The notes under the pieces are model-generated. The model worked only from the letters and a program-made list of their open reading frames with translations. It did no database searches and had not been told where the DNA came from. Below, one piece after another: positions 11,170 through 22,952 of a DNA stretch of 64,000 nt (positions are counted from its first letter, which is position 1; every line of letters begins with the position of its first letter). The stretch is from Emiliania huxleyi CCMP1516 (lineage: Eukaryota). The DNA is taken from NCBI RefSeq assembly GCF_000372725.1, contig NW_005201391.1:236736-300735 (forward strand). The letters are read 5' to 3'. The position numbers were made by a program, and so were the translations under genes.

Positions 11170-12462
11170 GGTGAACCTTCTTTTGTACCAAGGTAGGATT
11201 GAGAGCAGCCTCGCTCTCAATCCTAGAAGTCGAAGGATTGTGAGCAGCACTCCTCGCAATCGTAGCATCTCTGCGATTGTGAGCCCTTACGCTCGCAATC
11301 CTACATCTTCTAGGACTAAGAGCAGCTCCGCTCACAATGTGACTGGTGACGCCTACGACTACTACCAGCGCGCTCACAATCCGAGCAAACTCTAGGGTTG
11401 CGAGCAGCTTAGCTCACAATCCTAGCAACATGCCTTCGATTTCGAGCAAAAGCGCTCGCAATCCTAGAACTTTCGCCGATTGCGAGCGACACCGCCCACA
11501 GTCCTACGACTTCTAGGATTGCGAGCGGGTCCCCTCGCAATCGGTGCGATCACTGTTTGGATTGTGAGGAGACCCTCCCGGCGCGCTCACTCACAAGCGC
11601 TCGCGGCTGGAGCGATTGGGAGCGCCCTCTGTGCGAGTGCTATAGCAGTCCTTGGATCTTTGGTACGATTGTGAGCGCAGCCGCTCATAGTCCTACAAGA
11701 TGTAGGATTGCGAACGCTCCTGCTCGCAATCAGAGGCATGTTGCTAGGATTGTGAGCATAAATAAATAAATAAAAACGGACACCTCTCTACTGTGAGATG
11801 GGTAAAAAGGAACAGGTCCCCGCCCTTGCGATCTTTGTGCCGGGTTCTTTGTGGGTGTGGTCGGCGACTAGCCGGGGTCGTCCTCCGATGGGGGACTAGC
11901 ACTAGCCGTCTTCCACATGGTCCCTCGGGTCCCTGCTGCTCCTAATCTCGTCGTACATCCTCCTACTGATCTCCGCAAAGTCCTGCTCCCTCCCTCGTCT
12001 CGCCCTGCGCGTTTGCTCCGCCTCCCCGTCGTCTGCCCTGCGTCGTCTGGCGACGGGTCCTCCATAGTCGGTCGAGGTCGCCGCCCTCCTCGTGCCTCTT
12101 CCCAGCGTTCCCTCGGCGGCCGATGCCGTCTGCTCCGGCTCCCCAGTCCCCGGTTCTGCCCTGCTCTCGTCTGCGCTAGTTTCTGCTTCGTCATCACTGG
12201 CGCCGATTGTGAGCAGTGCTGCTCGCAACCCTAGAGTTTGCTCGGATTGTGAGCGCGCTGGTAGTAGTCGTGGGCGTCACCAGTCATTTTGTGAGCGGAG
12301 CTGCTCTTAGTCCTAGAAGATGTAGGATTGCGAGCGTAAGGGCTCACAATCGCAGAGAGATGCTACGATTGCGAGGAGTGCTGCTCACAATCCTTGCTTC
12401 GACTTCTAGGATTGAGAGCGAGGCTGCTCTCAATCCTAGCCTGGTACAAAAGAAGGTTCACC
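11170..12462. mobile_element. Non-autonomous Mutator/Foldback-like DNA transposon
   Basis: 9-bp TSD TGCACAGAC at 11161-11169 and 12463-12471. TIRs of about 295 bp begin GGTGAACCTTCTTTTGTACCA and are built from repeated GATTGYGAGC/GCTCRCAATC motifs. Confidence 0.92.
11759..12204 (-). mobile_element. 5'-truncated LINE/SINE-like insertion with (TATT)n tail, nested in the right TIR of the Mutator-like element
   Basis: 11-bp TSD GATTGTGAGCA at 11748-11758 and 12205-12215. Removing the insert restores TIR symmetry. Its 3'-terminal ~65 bp recur at 20367-20433. Confidence 0.85.
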
Positions 12463-12473
12463 TGCACAGACCA

Positions 12474-13918
12474 GCGTTGCGTTTTTCTCACACCACGTGC
12501 CTCTTGACATCCGTTCTTGAAAAAGTGGGTGGGTGGGTAAAGGCTTCGTAGGCCCCGGATGGTGATGGGTGGGTGGGTGGTGGGTGGGTGGGTGGGTGGG
12601 TGAGTGGGTGGGTGAGTGGGTGGGTGAGTGGGTGGGTGGGTGGGTGGGTGGTGGGTTGGGGTGGGTTTGTTTGGTCGTTTCTCTCTCCCCTCGCGCGCGT
12701 CTTCGAGGGCACAGCTCTCGTCGTTGCCACAGCATGTCGTTCCTCGCACCGTGCCCACGTGACGGCACCAGCTGACCGAGATCGCGCTCCCCGACGGCTG
12801 CCGCGTGCTTTACGGGCGGCTTACGGCGCGCTCAACAAGTCCTCCGAGGGCGGACTGCTGTTACGCTCGACGAGTGCGACGCCGCTCGACCAGCTCGAGG
12901 GGTTCAAACGCGAGGCGACCATCGTCTCCGCCGAGCTCGACGACGAGGCGGCCGTTATTATCTGACTCCTGTCCTCGGGAGGGCGGCGGCTGCGGAGTAG
13001 GGGCGGCGGCGAGCTCCCGGTTGCAAATACTCGCCTCACGGTCCAAGATGGCGGCTCGCGCCCCCGACCGTGCACCAGCATGCCTCTCTAGTGCCAGTAG
13101 TCTAGTCCCGCCTGCCACCAAGATACCGAGAGCTGGGCGCACTCATTGGGCTATTATCTGCCCTCGGGAGGGCGGCGGCGGCGTGTAGGGGCGGCGGCGA
13201 GCTCCAGGTTGCAAATACTCGCCTCCACGGTTCCAAGATGGCGGCTCACACGCCCAACCATGCTCTGGTGCGTCGATTGGGTCGCGTCTGCTGCCCGTGT
13301 CTCTGTCTTATCGGCGCGACGACAACAAGCTACCCCTACCCCTAAGCCTAAGCCTAACCCTAACCCCAACCCTAACCCTACGAACCCTAACCCTAACCGG
13401 AAGAACTCGGAGCATTCACCGAGAGCTCGCGTCAACGGACCGCTGGTACCTGGTTCCTCCATTCCGACCCGAGGCGGCCCGTTCTTAGGAGCTGCACAAC
13501 GGCTTGAACTCTCTGACCCTAACCCTAACCCTAACCCTAACCCTAACCCTAACCCTAACCCTCGGCTGTGGGTCAGGCTGTGCTGTATAAGGCGCGCGAG
13601 GCTGGGTGGGTGCTTTGCTACCTTGCTTGTGTCTCCCGTGGCCGATGGTTGGTTGGGTGGTGGGGGTGGGTCGGTCGGTGTGGGTGGGTTTCCTCGCCCT
13701 ATCAGCCGGGCCGTGAGGTGGGTGGGGCCGGGCGGGGTTGGGTGGGTGGTTCGCTGGTTCCAAGCAAGCCCCATCCAGGCCGTGAGGTGGGTGGGGTGGG
13801 TAGGTAGGTGGGTGGTTCCAAGCCTCAGCCGGGCCGTGAGGTGGGTGGGTGGGTGGGTGATTCAAGAAGCTCGTGCACGTGAACGGATGTCAAGCATGTG
13901 GGAAAAAAAACACAACGC
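12474..13918. mobile_element. Putative TIR-bounded non-autonomous element rich in (GGGT)n and (CCCTAA)n
   Basis: CTTGACATCCGTTC at 12503-12516 is inverted at 13881-13894, within an imperfect ~45-bp IR. No TSD was recognised. Confidence 0.55.
13334..13562. repeat. Two interstitial telomere-like (CCCTAA)n tracts
   Basis: Degenerate tract at 13334-13398 and 7 perfect units at 13517-13558. Confidence 0.95.
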
Positions 13919-13984
13919 ACGATTCGCCCGAGGGAGGGGGAGCTTGCTCACAGTTTGCCCTTTGCTGCCTTCCCGGGCAAACGC

Positions 13985-15110
13985 ATGACGGCCTCCAATG
14001 GAAAATGGCAGTCCACTCTTCGCAGCGGCCTCGCCCGCTGGTGCACCACCGTCGGCAGCTGCTCTGTCCACGGCGTCCACGTGGAGCGACTGCGACCGAG
14101 CTGCCCGCTGCTCCTGCTCAGTGGTGCGACGCCGGGCCCGTTCTACCACTCGCACCCGCACGATCCGTCGCAGTTCGACCACCTCCACTTCGACATGGCG
14201 AGCCAAGTGAGGGCCAACCTCAAAACGGTCCGCGACATCTTGGACGCGCTTGGAGATGCTGAACTTCCGTTTCACCTCGATGGCGGGTGCATCGAGCGCA
14301 GCCGTCGCCACGCGCAGCTGCTGCACTGGGTGAGCAACCGCGGCCAGGGCTTCGCCGCCAACGCACGCGTAACGGCAGACATCTCGCGCGCCGCTTGCAA
14401 GGAGCTGGGCATGGGCCTCGCCACTACGCTCGCCACGTTCGAGACTTCAGGCAACGTCTCGGACCGGCGCTCCCTGCTCGAGTTAGAGACCATTTGCCAA
14501 GAGGTCTGGTTCCAGATACCAGTGCCGACATCAGAACTGTAGGCGCTTCCTGATCGAGACTTTTGCCATGTTTGGCCTCGAAGGGGCCGAGCTTGGCCAG
14601 ACCGCCGAGACGGCGAGAGCCGAGACTAGCCGAGACTAGCAGCCGAGACTGGCGGCGAGGAATATGACTTCGATGCGTTTAGTCATTGGCTACTCATCCT
14701 GGATCAGGTGCGGGTGGATCTCGTCTCGCAGTTCGACGCCGTCGACGAGGAGAGCAGCATATACTCGGTCGGAGGTCAGAGGCACTTCATGCCATACGTG
14801 CCGGCGTACGCCGTCTGCGGACCGGCGGACCTCGCTCTCTTCTCGCCTGCTGATACAGATTAGCTAATCAATAGTAATGAATGGTTTAATATTCGCCAGA
14901 TAGGCGGACCTCGCCCTCTTCTCGCTCTCCGCCGCGTCCGGCGAGAGATCCGCGCCTCGCTCGGGAGAGGAGCAGGTACATCTCGCCATCGACAAGCTAC
15001 TGCGCGTGCTCTCCACCCTCGGCGCGACCTTCGACGGCGTGGCGCTGCTCTGGAACCGCGTCGCTGACCTCGACGCGCACGAGGAGGCCGTGCTGATGAG
15101 CCGCGCGAGG
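13985..15110 (+). CDS. Hypothetical multi-exon protein
   Basis: Host-like codon usage in 13985-14515 and 14905-15110, with decamer-repeat intron-like spacers between. No family recognised. Confidence 0.4.
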
Positions 15111-15684
15111 TGGACGGGCCTCGCTCTACCCTGTCGCCTTACATACCGCCAAATCACTAGTCCGTAATCATCAATCACAGGAGGGGCCTCACCCGCCCTC
15201 TGGCAGAGGCGGTGCTCGAGGTGGCCGCCGCGGTGCTCGAGGCGCCAATAAATTAAATCCCAAAAGTTAGCGTTTGATGGGATCTTGACTAGGTGGCCGA
15301 CGCGGACCCGAACTCGCATGCGCCCGACGGCACGCCACTCGCCATCGAGTACATCGTGGTGGCTCAAGTGCCAAGAAGAAGAGCCGGGTCCGACTGATAT
15401 TAGACGTGTGGTTCTTCCTGGTTCCTGCGTCCTCGGCTTAACGGCTACGGGCCTCGTTGATCGGGCGGCGGCGAAGACGCCTAGTGTGTCTACACTGCGC
15501 GAGTCCGAGCCTGTGGCTGTTCTTCACAGCCCGCAAGCTCGTGTATTTCTCTTACTGTGACGTACTGACGTAGTCGTAGAGACCCTGGGAAGGGGGAAAG
15601 CTCCGACGTCACACCCTGCCGAACCGGTGAGCGGTGTGGCGACACTCGCAACAGACAGATGGTGCAGAAAGACACGCCGTTGTA

Positions 15685-17292
15685 TCATGGGGAACGCGGT
15701 GTGTCTGCGGCGGGCCGCACCACCACCCTTGGCAGCACAAAGCTGCGCCAGAGGTCCACCAGCCCCGGCGCCGCCCCCTCGCCGTCGAAGCGCTCCTCGT
15801 CCCACGCGATCAGGTAGCCCAGCCGCATCACCGCGACCGCCCACTTGCGAGCCGCCTCCGGGAAGAGCTCGTGCGACTGCGGCGACCACTCCGCCGCCTT
15901 GACGATGAGCCTGCCCACCTCCACCGCCGCGGCCGCTGGCTCCAGGTTGGCCGGCCTGAGGAAGGGCAGAGGCGTGGGGCGTGTCCAAAGCGAGGATCCG
16001 GCGAGTGGGGGAGGGACCATAGCGCGCCTCAGTGCGAGGGCCTTGGCCTCGCCCGCCACGCGCACGCCGAAGCGTCCCGTCGAAGCGCTCGCGGAGACGA
16101 CGACGCCGACCTTGCCGTTCATCGACGGCCGCGAGACCAGAGAGTGGATTGCGACGGTGGAGCCGACGGCCGCAGCGGTCGGATCCGACTCGCCCCACGA
16201 ACAGAGGACGCGCGCCCGCTCGAGGGCCGACGGCTCGCCGGCCGAAGTGTCCGCGCCGCCGCGCAGCAGCGCCCGCGCCCGGTCGACGGTGAGCGCCTGC
16301 GGGAAGAGGGACAGTGAGCGTGAGGACAATGCACTCACGCTTCTTCAGCCGCTAGTCTCGGGGCACGCCTCGAGGTGCTGGAGCGGCGTCCAGCCGCGGC
16401 TGGCGACCAGCCAGGCGGCGAGGTCGGCGTGGCCTTGGAAGTTCGTGACCTCCTCGGGCGTGCCAAGGGGCGTAGCGGCGCGGGAGGCGCCGTAGGAGGA
16501 GAGGAGCTTGGCAACCTCGAGGTGGCCCTGGTAGCACGCTATGAACAGCGGCGTGGCGCCGGTGTTGCGGGCTTGGCCGACCGCTGCGCCAGCCTCGAGG
16601 AGCAGCCGGGCGATCTCGACGTGGCCCATCAGGCACGCGATGTACAGCGGCGTGGCGCCATCCGCTGCGGCTTGGTTGACCGCCGCGCCCGCCTCGAGAA
16701 GCAGCTGGGCGATGTCGAGGTGGTTGTTGTGGCATGCCATGAACAGCGGCGTGGCGCCGTCCTCCTTGGCTTGGTTGACCACCGCGCTGGCCTCGAGGAG
16801 CAGCCGGACGATCTCGACGTGGCCCTGCTGGCTCGCGATGTGCAGCGGCGTGAAGCCGCCATCCGCAGCTTGGCCGACCGCCGCGCCAGCCTCGAGGAGC
16901 AACCGGACGATCTCGAGGTGGCCGTTCTGGCACGCGATGAACAGCGGCGTGCAGCCGTTGCTCGTCGCTTGGCCGACCGCCGCGCTGGCCTCGAGGAGCG
17001 CCCGGACGATCTCGAGGTGGGCCTGCCGGCACGCGAGGAACAGCGCGGACGCGTCGCGGCCGTTCGTCACCCCGACGCTCGCGCCGCCCTTGAGCAGCAG
17101 CCGCACCGCCTCGGCCTGCCCGTGACGAGCGGCCCAGGTGAGCAGCGTGTCCTGATTCTCGGTGTCGAGCCGCGCGTCAAGCTGGGCCGTGAGCGACGTG
17201 CCGCGCGTCCCCCACCCGGAGAGGAGGGCGCGCAGCGAGCCCAGGTCGCCCACCGCTAGGTCGGGCAACAGAGTTGGGCTCGCGGCGCTCAT
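15685..17292 (-). CDS. Ankyrin-repeat protein with C-terminal SH3-like segment
   Basis: About 7 ankyrin repeats (GxTPLFIACQxGHLEIVRLLLEAGA). GC-AG intron at 16297-16368 and a second probable in-frame GC-AG intron near 15957-16025. Confidence 0.92.
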
Positions 17293-17450
17293 GCCGCCAG
17301 AAAGAAGAAAGACCCAGAAAGAAAAAACCCGAAAGTCATGCACATGGCGCGGAGCAGCCCCGGGTTGGTGTCGAGCATTCTGAAGCGCGCCGGCAGGCTG
17401 CTCGGAGAGCCAGTCTATCTGTTCGCAGTTCGGGGATGACGTCAAGGACT

Positions 17451-17867
17451 CATAGTCTGAGGGTTCCTAAAAGTTCGGCCGATTTGGGTCAAAACGCTAA
17501 AAGCACGCCTAGGCGTAGAGTTGGGGCAAAACGACAAAAGTGGGCCCGCCCGGGGCAAAATGGTAAAAGTCGCGCGCCGCAGGCGCGCAAAAATTTTGCG
17601 AGGGGCGCTTTCGAGGCGAGCAGCACAGCATGTTTCTAGCCATAGTGTGCGGGAACTACTCAACTACTTCGCGCGGGACAATAGCTACTACTTACTGCAC
17701 CTCCGGCGCGCGGAGCCTCCGGCCCGGAGCGCCGAATTTTTTTTGAGACGAAATGCTAAAAGTTAGGCGCTCCGAGACGATCGAAGTGATAAAAGTCGCA
17801 CTCTCCCCTGACCCGATCAAAAGTCTAAAAGCACCCGAGGCTCCAGAAACCTAACCCTCAGACTATG
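17451..17867. mobile_element. MITE, P-element-like, copy 1
   Basis: 15-bp perfect TIR CATAGTCTGAGGGTT and 8-bp TSD CAAGGACT at 17443-17450 and 17868-17875. Confidence 0.92.
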
Positions 17868-17981
17868 CAAGGACTATTTCAATCATTTCCCGATCGCCCC
17901 GGAGGAACGGCCCCGCCAGACACACTCTCAGCAAGGTCCGGGTGCATAATGCGCCGTGAGAGTCACACCAGACACACAAAA

Positions 17982-19620
17982 TCACACGCGCAAAACGTCC
18001 ATAATCTGGGCACGGCACAGCGGGCAGCGACCGCTAGCCAGCCGGGCCGCGCACGCGTGGCACAGCGCCACGTGGCCGCACGGCTGCAGCCGCGTGTTGA
18101 TGCGCCGGTCGAAGCAGACGCAGCACTCATTCGCCTCATCCGCGGCGTCGCCCTCCTCGTCGCCCGGGGCGGGCGAGGGCAGCACGACGGGCCACAAGTG
18201 CCAGGTGCCGTCGAAATCGCCGAGCGCATGCCGGATCGACCACTCTCCGCGCACGCCGCCGCTGAGGGAGGGCTGCCTGGTGTATGCATGCACAGGCAAT
18301 CAAGGGCATCATGCGGAGAACGCAAGGCATCGCGTGAGCACCTGCAAGACAGTCGAGTGCGTGTCTTCGCGAGCGGGAGTCGAATGCAGGGGCCAGTACT
18401 CCGCATCTACGGAACGGCCGCCCGCCCACCCGCCGCGCAGCCTACAGCAAAACGTCCACCGACCCCCGGTTTACCGCGGAGACACCCGCCCCCCTTCCGG
18501 CGCGCCGCTCGGTGCCTCCCCGCGGTACTCGACAGCGTGGCCGTGGTTCTCCTACCGAAACAAGGGCGGTCGAATGGGCGAGCGGTTTGCTGCTGTCCGT
18601 CTAGTGGTGAGCCGCTCCTCCGAGACGCGCCCTGCCGCGGTGAGCGAGCCGCCCTCGTACCGCTTGGTTAGGGCGACGCGGCCGCTCGCCTGCAGCGAGG
18701 TCCCGAGCAGCCTCGCGGAGGACTCTCGTGAGCAATGCCTCGCCGCCGACCTTGCCCGGCTCGCCTGCAGGAAGGCTCCGAGCAGGCTCCGAGAAACGGA
18801 TTCCGATGGCCAGGGCGAGGCGCCAGTTCGCCGAGGCGCGGCCGCGGAGCTGGTAGGCGCCCACGCCGTCCCTCCCGCTCCCGTGCACCTCTCCGCCGCG
18901 CTCAAAGTGCAGCGTAAACTCGACCACACCGCACTGCCGCGTGCCGACCGTGTAGTAGCCGCGCCTGTGAGAAGCAGCTCCGAGAAAGGTCAGGGGCTCC
19001 GCGAGGGAAGCCGCGACCACGTAGCAGCCGCGCGCCAACGCCCGCTGGGGTAGATGGCGGCGTCCGCGCTCTGAGCCGCCGCAACGCTCCCGAGGAACTC
19101 GTCTACCGTGGGTGGTGGCCGGCGGCGGAGGCGCCAGGGTCGACGCCGCAAGAGCAGCCAGCCCGTCGAGGCCGCCGCCGAGAGGGAGGCGACGAGCTGC
19201 ATCCACGAGAAGCGGCAGCCGCCGTTCGGCTGCCGCGTGTAGAGGAGCCGGCACGCGTCGCAGCCGGCCGCCGTCTGGTTGCGGCAGACCCTGCAGCCAG
19301 GGCTGCACGCGAGGCAGCCCTCCTCCGCTGCCGAGAGAAAGTACCCGCTCTCGCAGGCGTCGCACCGTCCTGGGCCGGCGTCGTCGCAGGCGGAGCAGTG
19401 CGCCCCGCACGGCTCGCACGTGCATCCCACGCGCACGTAGGCGTACTGGCACGAGGCGCAGCAGTGAGGGCTCGAGCAGACGCTGCAACCGACCACGAAG
19501 CAGTCTGGCGTATCATCCTCCGTGTTGTCACCGCCGCCGCCGCCGTCGCCGCCGCTCGGTATGCCCTGGGCGACGGTCGCGAGCAGGAAGGATGTCAGAA
19601 GGGCGTGAGAGAGAATGGTG
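17982..19620 (-). CDS. Membrane protein with furin-like Cys-rich repeats, a TM helix and a C-terminal C3HC4 RING; putative E3 ligase
   Basis: Signal-like ILSHALLTSFLLATVAQG; Cys-rich CxxCxxxCxxC...CDACESGYFL; hydrophobic WMQLVASLSAAASTGWLLL followed by RRR; RING CCVCFDRRINTRLQPCGHVALCHACAARLASGRCPLCR. Start codon and internal exons unresolved. Confidence 0.72.
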
Positions 19621-19881
19621 AAACCGTCTCGTAGAAAGCGTGGCCGGCGGCGCGGCCAGCACGCTGGCTCGTAGTGGACTGCCGCGGCGACTTTTTTCGG
19701 TGTCCTTCGAATACGGTACTTTCGTTTACCCACATTGTGAGTATCCTCTGCCAGTTTGTCTTCATGGTCGCCCCCACCCACCCCATCTCCTACCAGCTAC
19801 CTACCCACCCCATCTCCTACCTACGGGGCCTCAAAAAGATTTAATTACTTCCGGCTTGAATGTGAGCTTCCTGTGATCCTT

Positions 19882-20300
19882 AGGGGACACCAGAGCCAGC
19901 ATCATCGGTGGAGGTACAAGTGTTCGAAGAGATGAGAGTGGACCTGAGCAACGATAATTCGATATGACTGGGCGGCAAATGATCGCAGTGGGCGTCAGAA
20001 GAGTCGTCCTTGCGCGGAGGAGAGCTCGATAAACTCGAGGGGCCAAAATATGCCGCGAGGAGGGCAGAGTTGCGCCGAAAGGCGGGAGAAGCCGCGAGAG
20101 CAAGGGATCGGCAGGCGGCGGCGGCGTCGCCGGACGAGGCAGACGAGAGCGACGCGACAGAGGAGGAAGCGACAGGAGGGAGAACGACGAGAGTGGGACG
20201 ACCGCGAGGTGGCATGAAGGTTGCAGCGAGAATCGGCGAGGGACTGCGAAGGGAGATAGAAAGAGGCAGACGACCAAGGGTTAGGGTGGGCGACGGCTAG
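19882..20300 (+). mobile_element. Uninterrupted copy (empty site) of the repeat that is split at 1674/10305
   Basis: Reads ...GAGTGGGAC-GACCGC-GAGGTGGCATG... with a single GACCGC. Confidence 0.85.
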
Positions 20301-20366
20301 CACCACACTCCTCTCCTTAAAATCCCTGTGTGGTGGCGGCGTGCCGTCTCCTCCCTTGGGTTGTCA

Positions 20367-20433
20367 AATAAATAAATAAAAACGGACACCTCTACTGTGA
20401 GCGATGGGGTAAAAAGGAACAGGTCCCCGCCCT
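20367..20433 (-). mobile_element. LINE-like 3' end with (TATT)n tail
   Basis: Near-identical to 11760-11826. Confidence 0.75.
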
Positions 20434-21303
20434 GCCACTCGTGGTGTGAGTCGTGTCCTGTTTTCCTTCTTTCTTTCTTTTCGCCTGATCCTGTGTACTG
20501 GGCTGCTGGGTTTTTAGGCATTGTGGGGTTGGCACTCCCATCGACCCTCATGACCTCCTGCGGTCTCTGAGATGGACACCAGTGGGTGTGGGACCACAGC
20601 CAGGTTACACTCGAAGGCTGGGTAAGCAGTAGAGGTCGATACTCGACGCGTCCCACATGGTCTGTGTCGCTGTCGGCACGCTGTCGACAGGACGTCGAGC
20701 GACACCGGTGGCAGTGCCACCCAGGAGTGGTCGGGCGGTCTCCCGTCATGAGAGAGCCACCATGTGATCCGTATGATGGTTCCTGACAACCGCCTTAGTC
20801 AACTTTCGTCACAATTCCCGCTCTGAGAGGAGCTGCGGGTCAGCTCGACAGCTGGAGCTGTGTCGCCAGCGTGCGGCGGCCTGCCTCCGGAGGTGCCTCT
20901 GAGGTGGACATTTTTTGGTCACCGTGAGAGAACGCGTTCGAATTTTCACTCCGGAACTTCAACTCCGCACGCGCACCGGCCAGGGCTACAATAGTGCCAG
21001 TGAGGCGGAGGCGCGAGTCGGAAGGCCGCGACCGTGAGATTTGGTCCCTCATTTTACCTACAATCGCTGTGAACCCAGCCACGTATGTTCATTTGCGCGA
21101 TTTTTGGCATTTGGCTCCTCCGTTCTCTCGTCTCTCGCTCTCTCCCTCTTTGTTTATTCGTTGGGCCCCTCGGACTCTTGCTTGGACCTGGTTGGCTAGT
21201 AGCGGCACGCCGGACAGCTGCATGGGGGGCACCACCCTTGCGCCCCCGCCGTGGGGTCAGTCAAACGGCCCGCACACCTCGCGCGCGAGCGCTCCCTCCT
21301 CGC

Positions 21304-22952
21304 CTACTCGCAGGAGGAGAGGCTAAAGTTCCGCACCCCTCCCGCACCCCGCACCACGGCCCCCGCGGCCCCACCGTCCAGCCGCTCGGCGAGCTCCTCT
21401 TTGGTCAGCCACGCGTGCCTACCAGCAAACGCCTGCGGCGGTGATGCCGTGCTCGCAGCCGTTGAGTCACCGCCTCGGCCTGCGCGGCGAGCCACGCCAC
21501 GCCCTTCGGCTGTAGCTCGACTGCATCTCGGCTGCATCTCGGCTGCATCTCGTCTGCATCTCGTCTGCATCTCGCCCTTCGGCGCCCGCGCCCGGCTCCA
21601 CCTCGCCCGCGACGTACTGCAGCCTCCAAAAGAAAGTAGCGGCCTCGCCGGCCGGCAAATGCGCCAGCGGCGCGTTGCCCACCCAATGGAGCTGGAGCGA
21701 CGCGCCTACGGAGGCCACCGCGCCATTTCCTCCCGAGGGCGCGCCCGCGCCCGCTCCCGCGCCGGACTAGCACTGGCCGGACTAGCCGGACTAGCCGGAC
21801 TAGCCGGACTAGCTGCGCGCGCCGCAGCTGGCAGAGAGGTGTTCTCCGAGGCACTGACGGACAGTCGGCGCCTGCGAGGCGAGGCGCAAGAGCAGCTGAG
21901 AGCGGAGGGCGCTCGTCCGAGGGTCGGAGCGAGGAGTTGGCGGGCGGCCGCCGCCTCGGCGCCGCCGCTCCAGTCCACCTGAAGGGGCGAGGGCGTGTGG
22001 TTCGGTGACGTATTGGCTCAAGCTATCTCAGGCGAGTCTATGGTCGATGGCCGAAGTGGAAGGGCCCCCCTGCCTCCGGAGCGCCAGGCCGTCCGTGTCC
22101 GACACGGGACGTCGGGCCCGACAGTCCGCGACAGTCCGCACGCGCTGCACAGTGCGAGCGCATCGACGTGCTCGCGGGAGGGGGAGGTGGGAGGGGTGGT
22201 GGAAGAAGTGGGAGTGGTGTGGTCAGGCCCCAGGCGAGGCGCGTGGCGCGTGGGCCGCCCCTCTCACACCTGAGGCAGCCGCCAAGCGCCGCCCTCGCGC
22301 AGCACGAGGTAGAGCCGGTGAGCCAGCTTGCGGTCGAGGGACGTCTCATCCCCCGTCCGGTCCCCCTCCCCCTCGCGCGCGCCCTCGGACTCGATGATTG
22401 CCGCCGCGCGCAGCCGCGCCTGCCTCCGGTCGGGCCGTGAGAGCGGTGAACAAAGAAAAAGAAATCCGCGGCGCGCAGCCGCGCCTGCCTCCGGTCGGGA
22501 CCCTCCTGCGCCACCGTCAGCTGCTCGGGGTAGACCTTGGAGAGGTGCGCGGCGAGCCTGCAGCCGAGGGTCGGGCGAGGGTTCGCGCAGGGTTGGCGGC
22601 CGTGCAGGGGCAGCCGTGGAACCGGAAGAGGCGGAGGGTTGGGAAGGCGAGGGCCGCGGCCGAGTGCTGCCGCCGCAGCGGCAACGGCGCTCGCGCTCCT
22701 TGCGCGGCAAGAGTGCAGCGCGCGCCGATTGCGGGCTATGGTGAGCGGACCCGGCTCGGTGGGGCTGGGTGAGCCGGCGCGCCTCTCGCGCAGCTCGAGC
22801 GACTCCCGTTTCCAGGCGGGCAGCTCCGGTGTCACCACAGGTATCCGCTCGACGAGAGCCGCGAGGCGCGCAGAGCTTGCATATCGCCGAGTCAAGTTGG
22901 CGTTTGGCGGGGCGGCAGCGCGTCGGGGCGGGCGAAGAAAACGCATCTGCAT
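21304..22952 (-). CDS. MRPL46: Mitochondrial ribosomal protein mL46-like, multi-exon
   Basis: Exon fragments LVERIPVVTPELP, DETSLDRKLAHRLYLVLREGGAWRLPQ, HWVGNAPLAH...TFFWRLQYVAG and AWLTKEELAE match the recalled mL46 motif order. Confidence 0.75.

Noticed and set aside
11170..12462. lac-operator-like sequences (ATTGTGAGCG / GCTCACAAT) suggesting vector contamination, or a CRISPR-like array
   Set aside because: The motifs are degenerate subrepeats inside TIRs flanked by a 9-bp TSD. There is no vector context, no constant repeat with unique spacers, and no cas genes.
13334..13562. True chromosome end
   Set aside because: The tracts are short, internal and flanked by ordinary sequence on both sides.
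20359..20791. GGTTGTCA / TGACAACC pair as element boundaries
   Set aside because: Only an 8-bp inverted match, which is not a TSD and could be chance.
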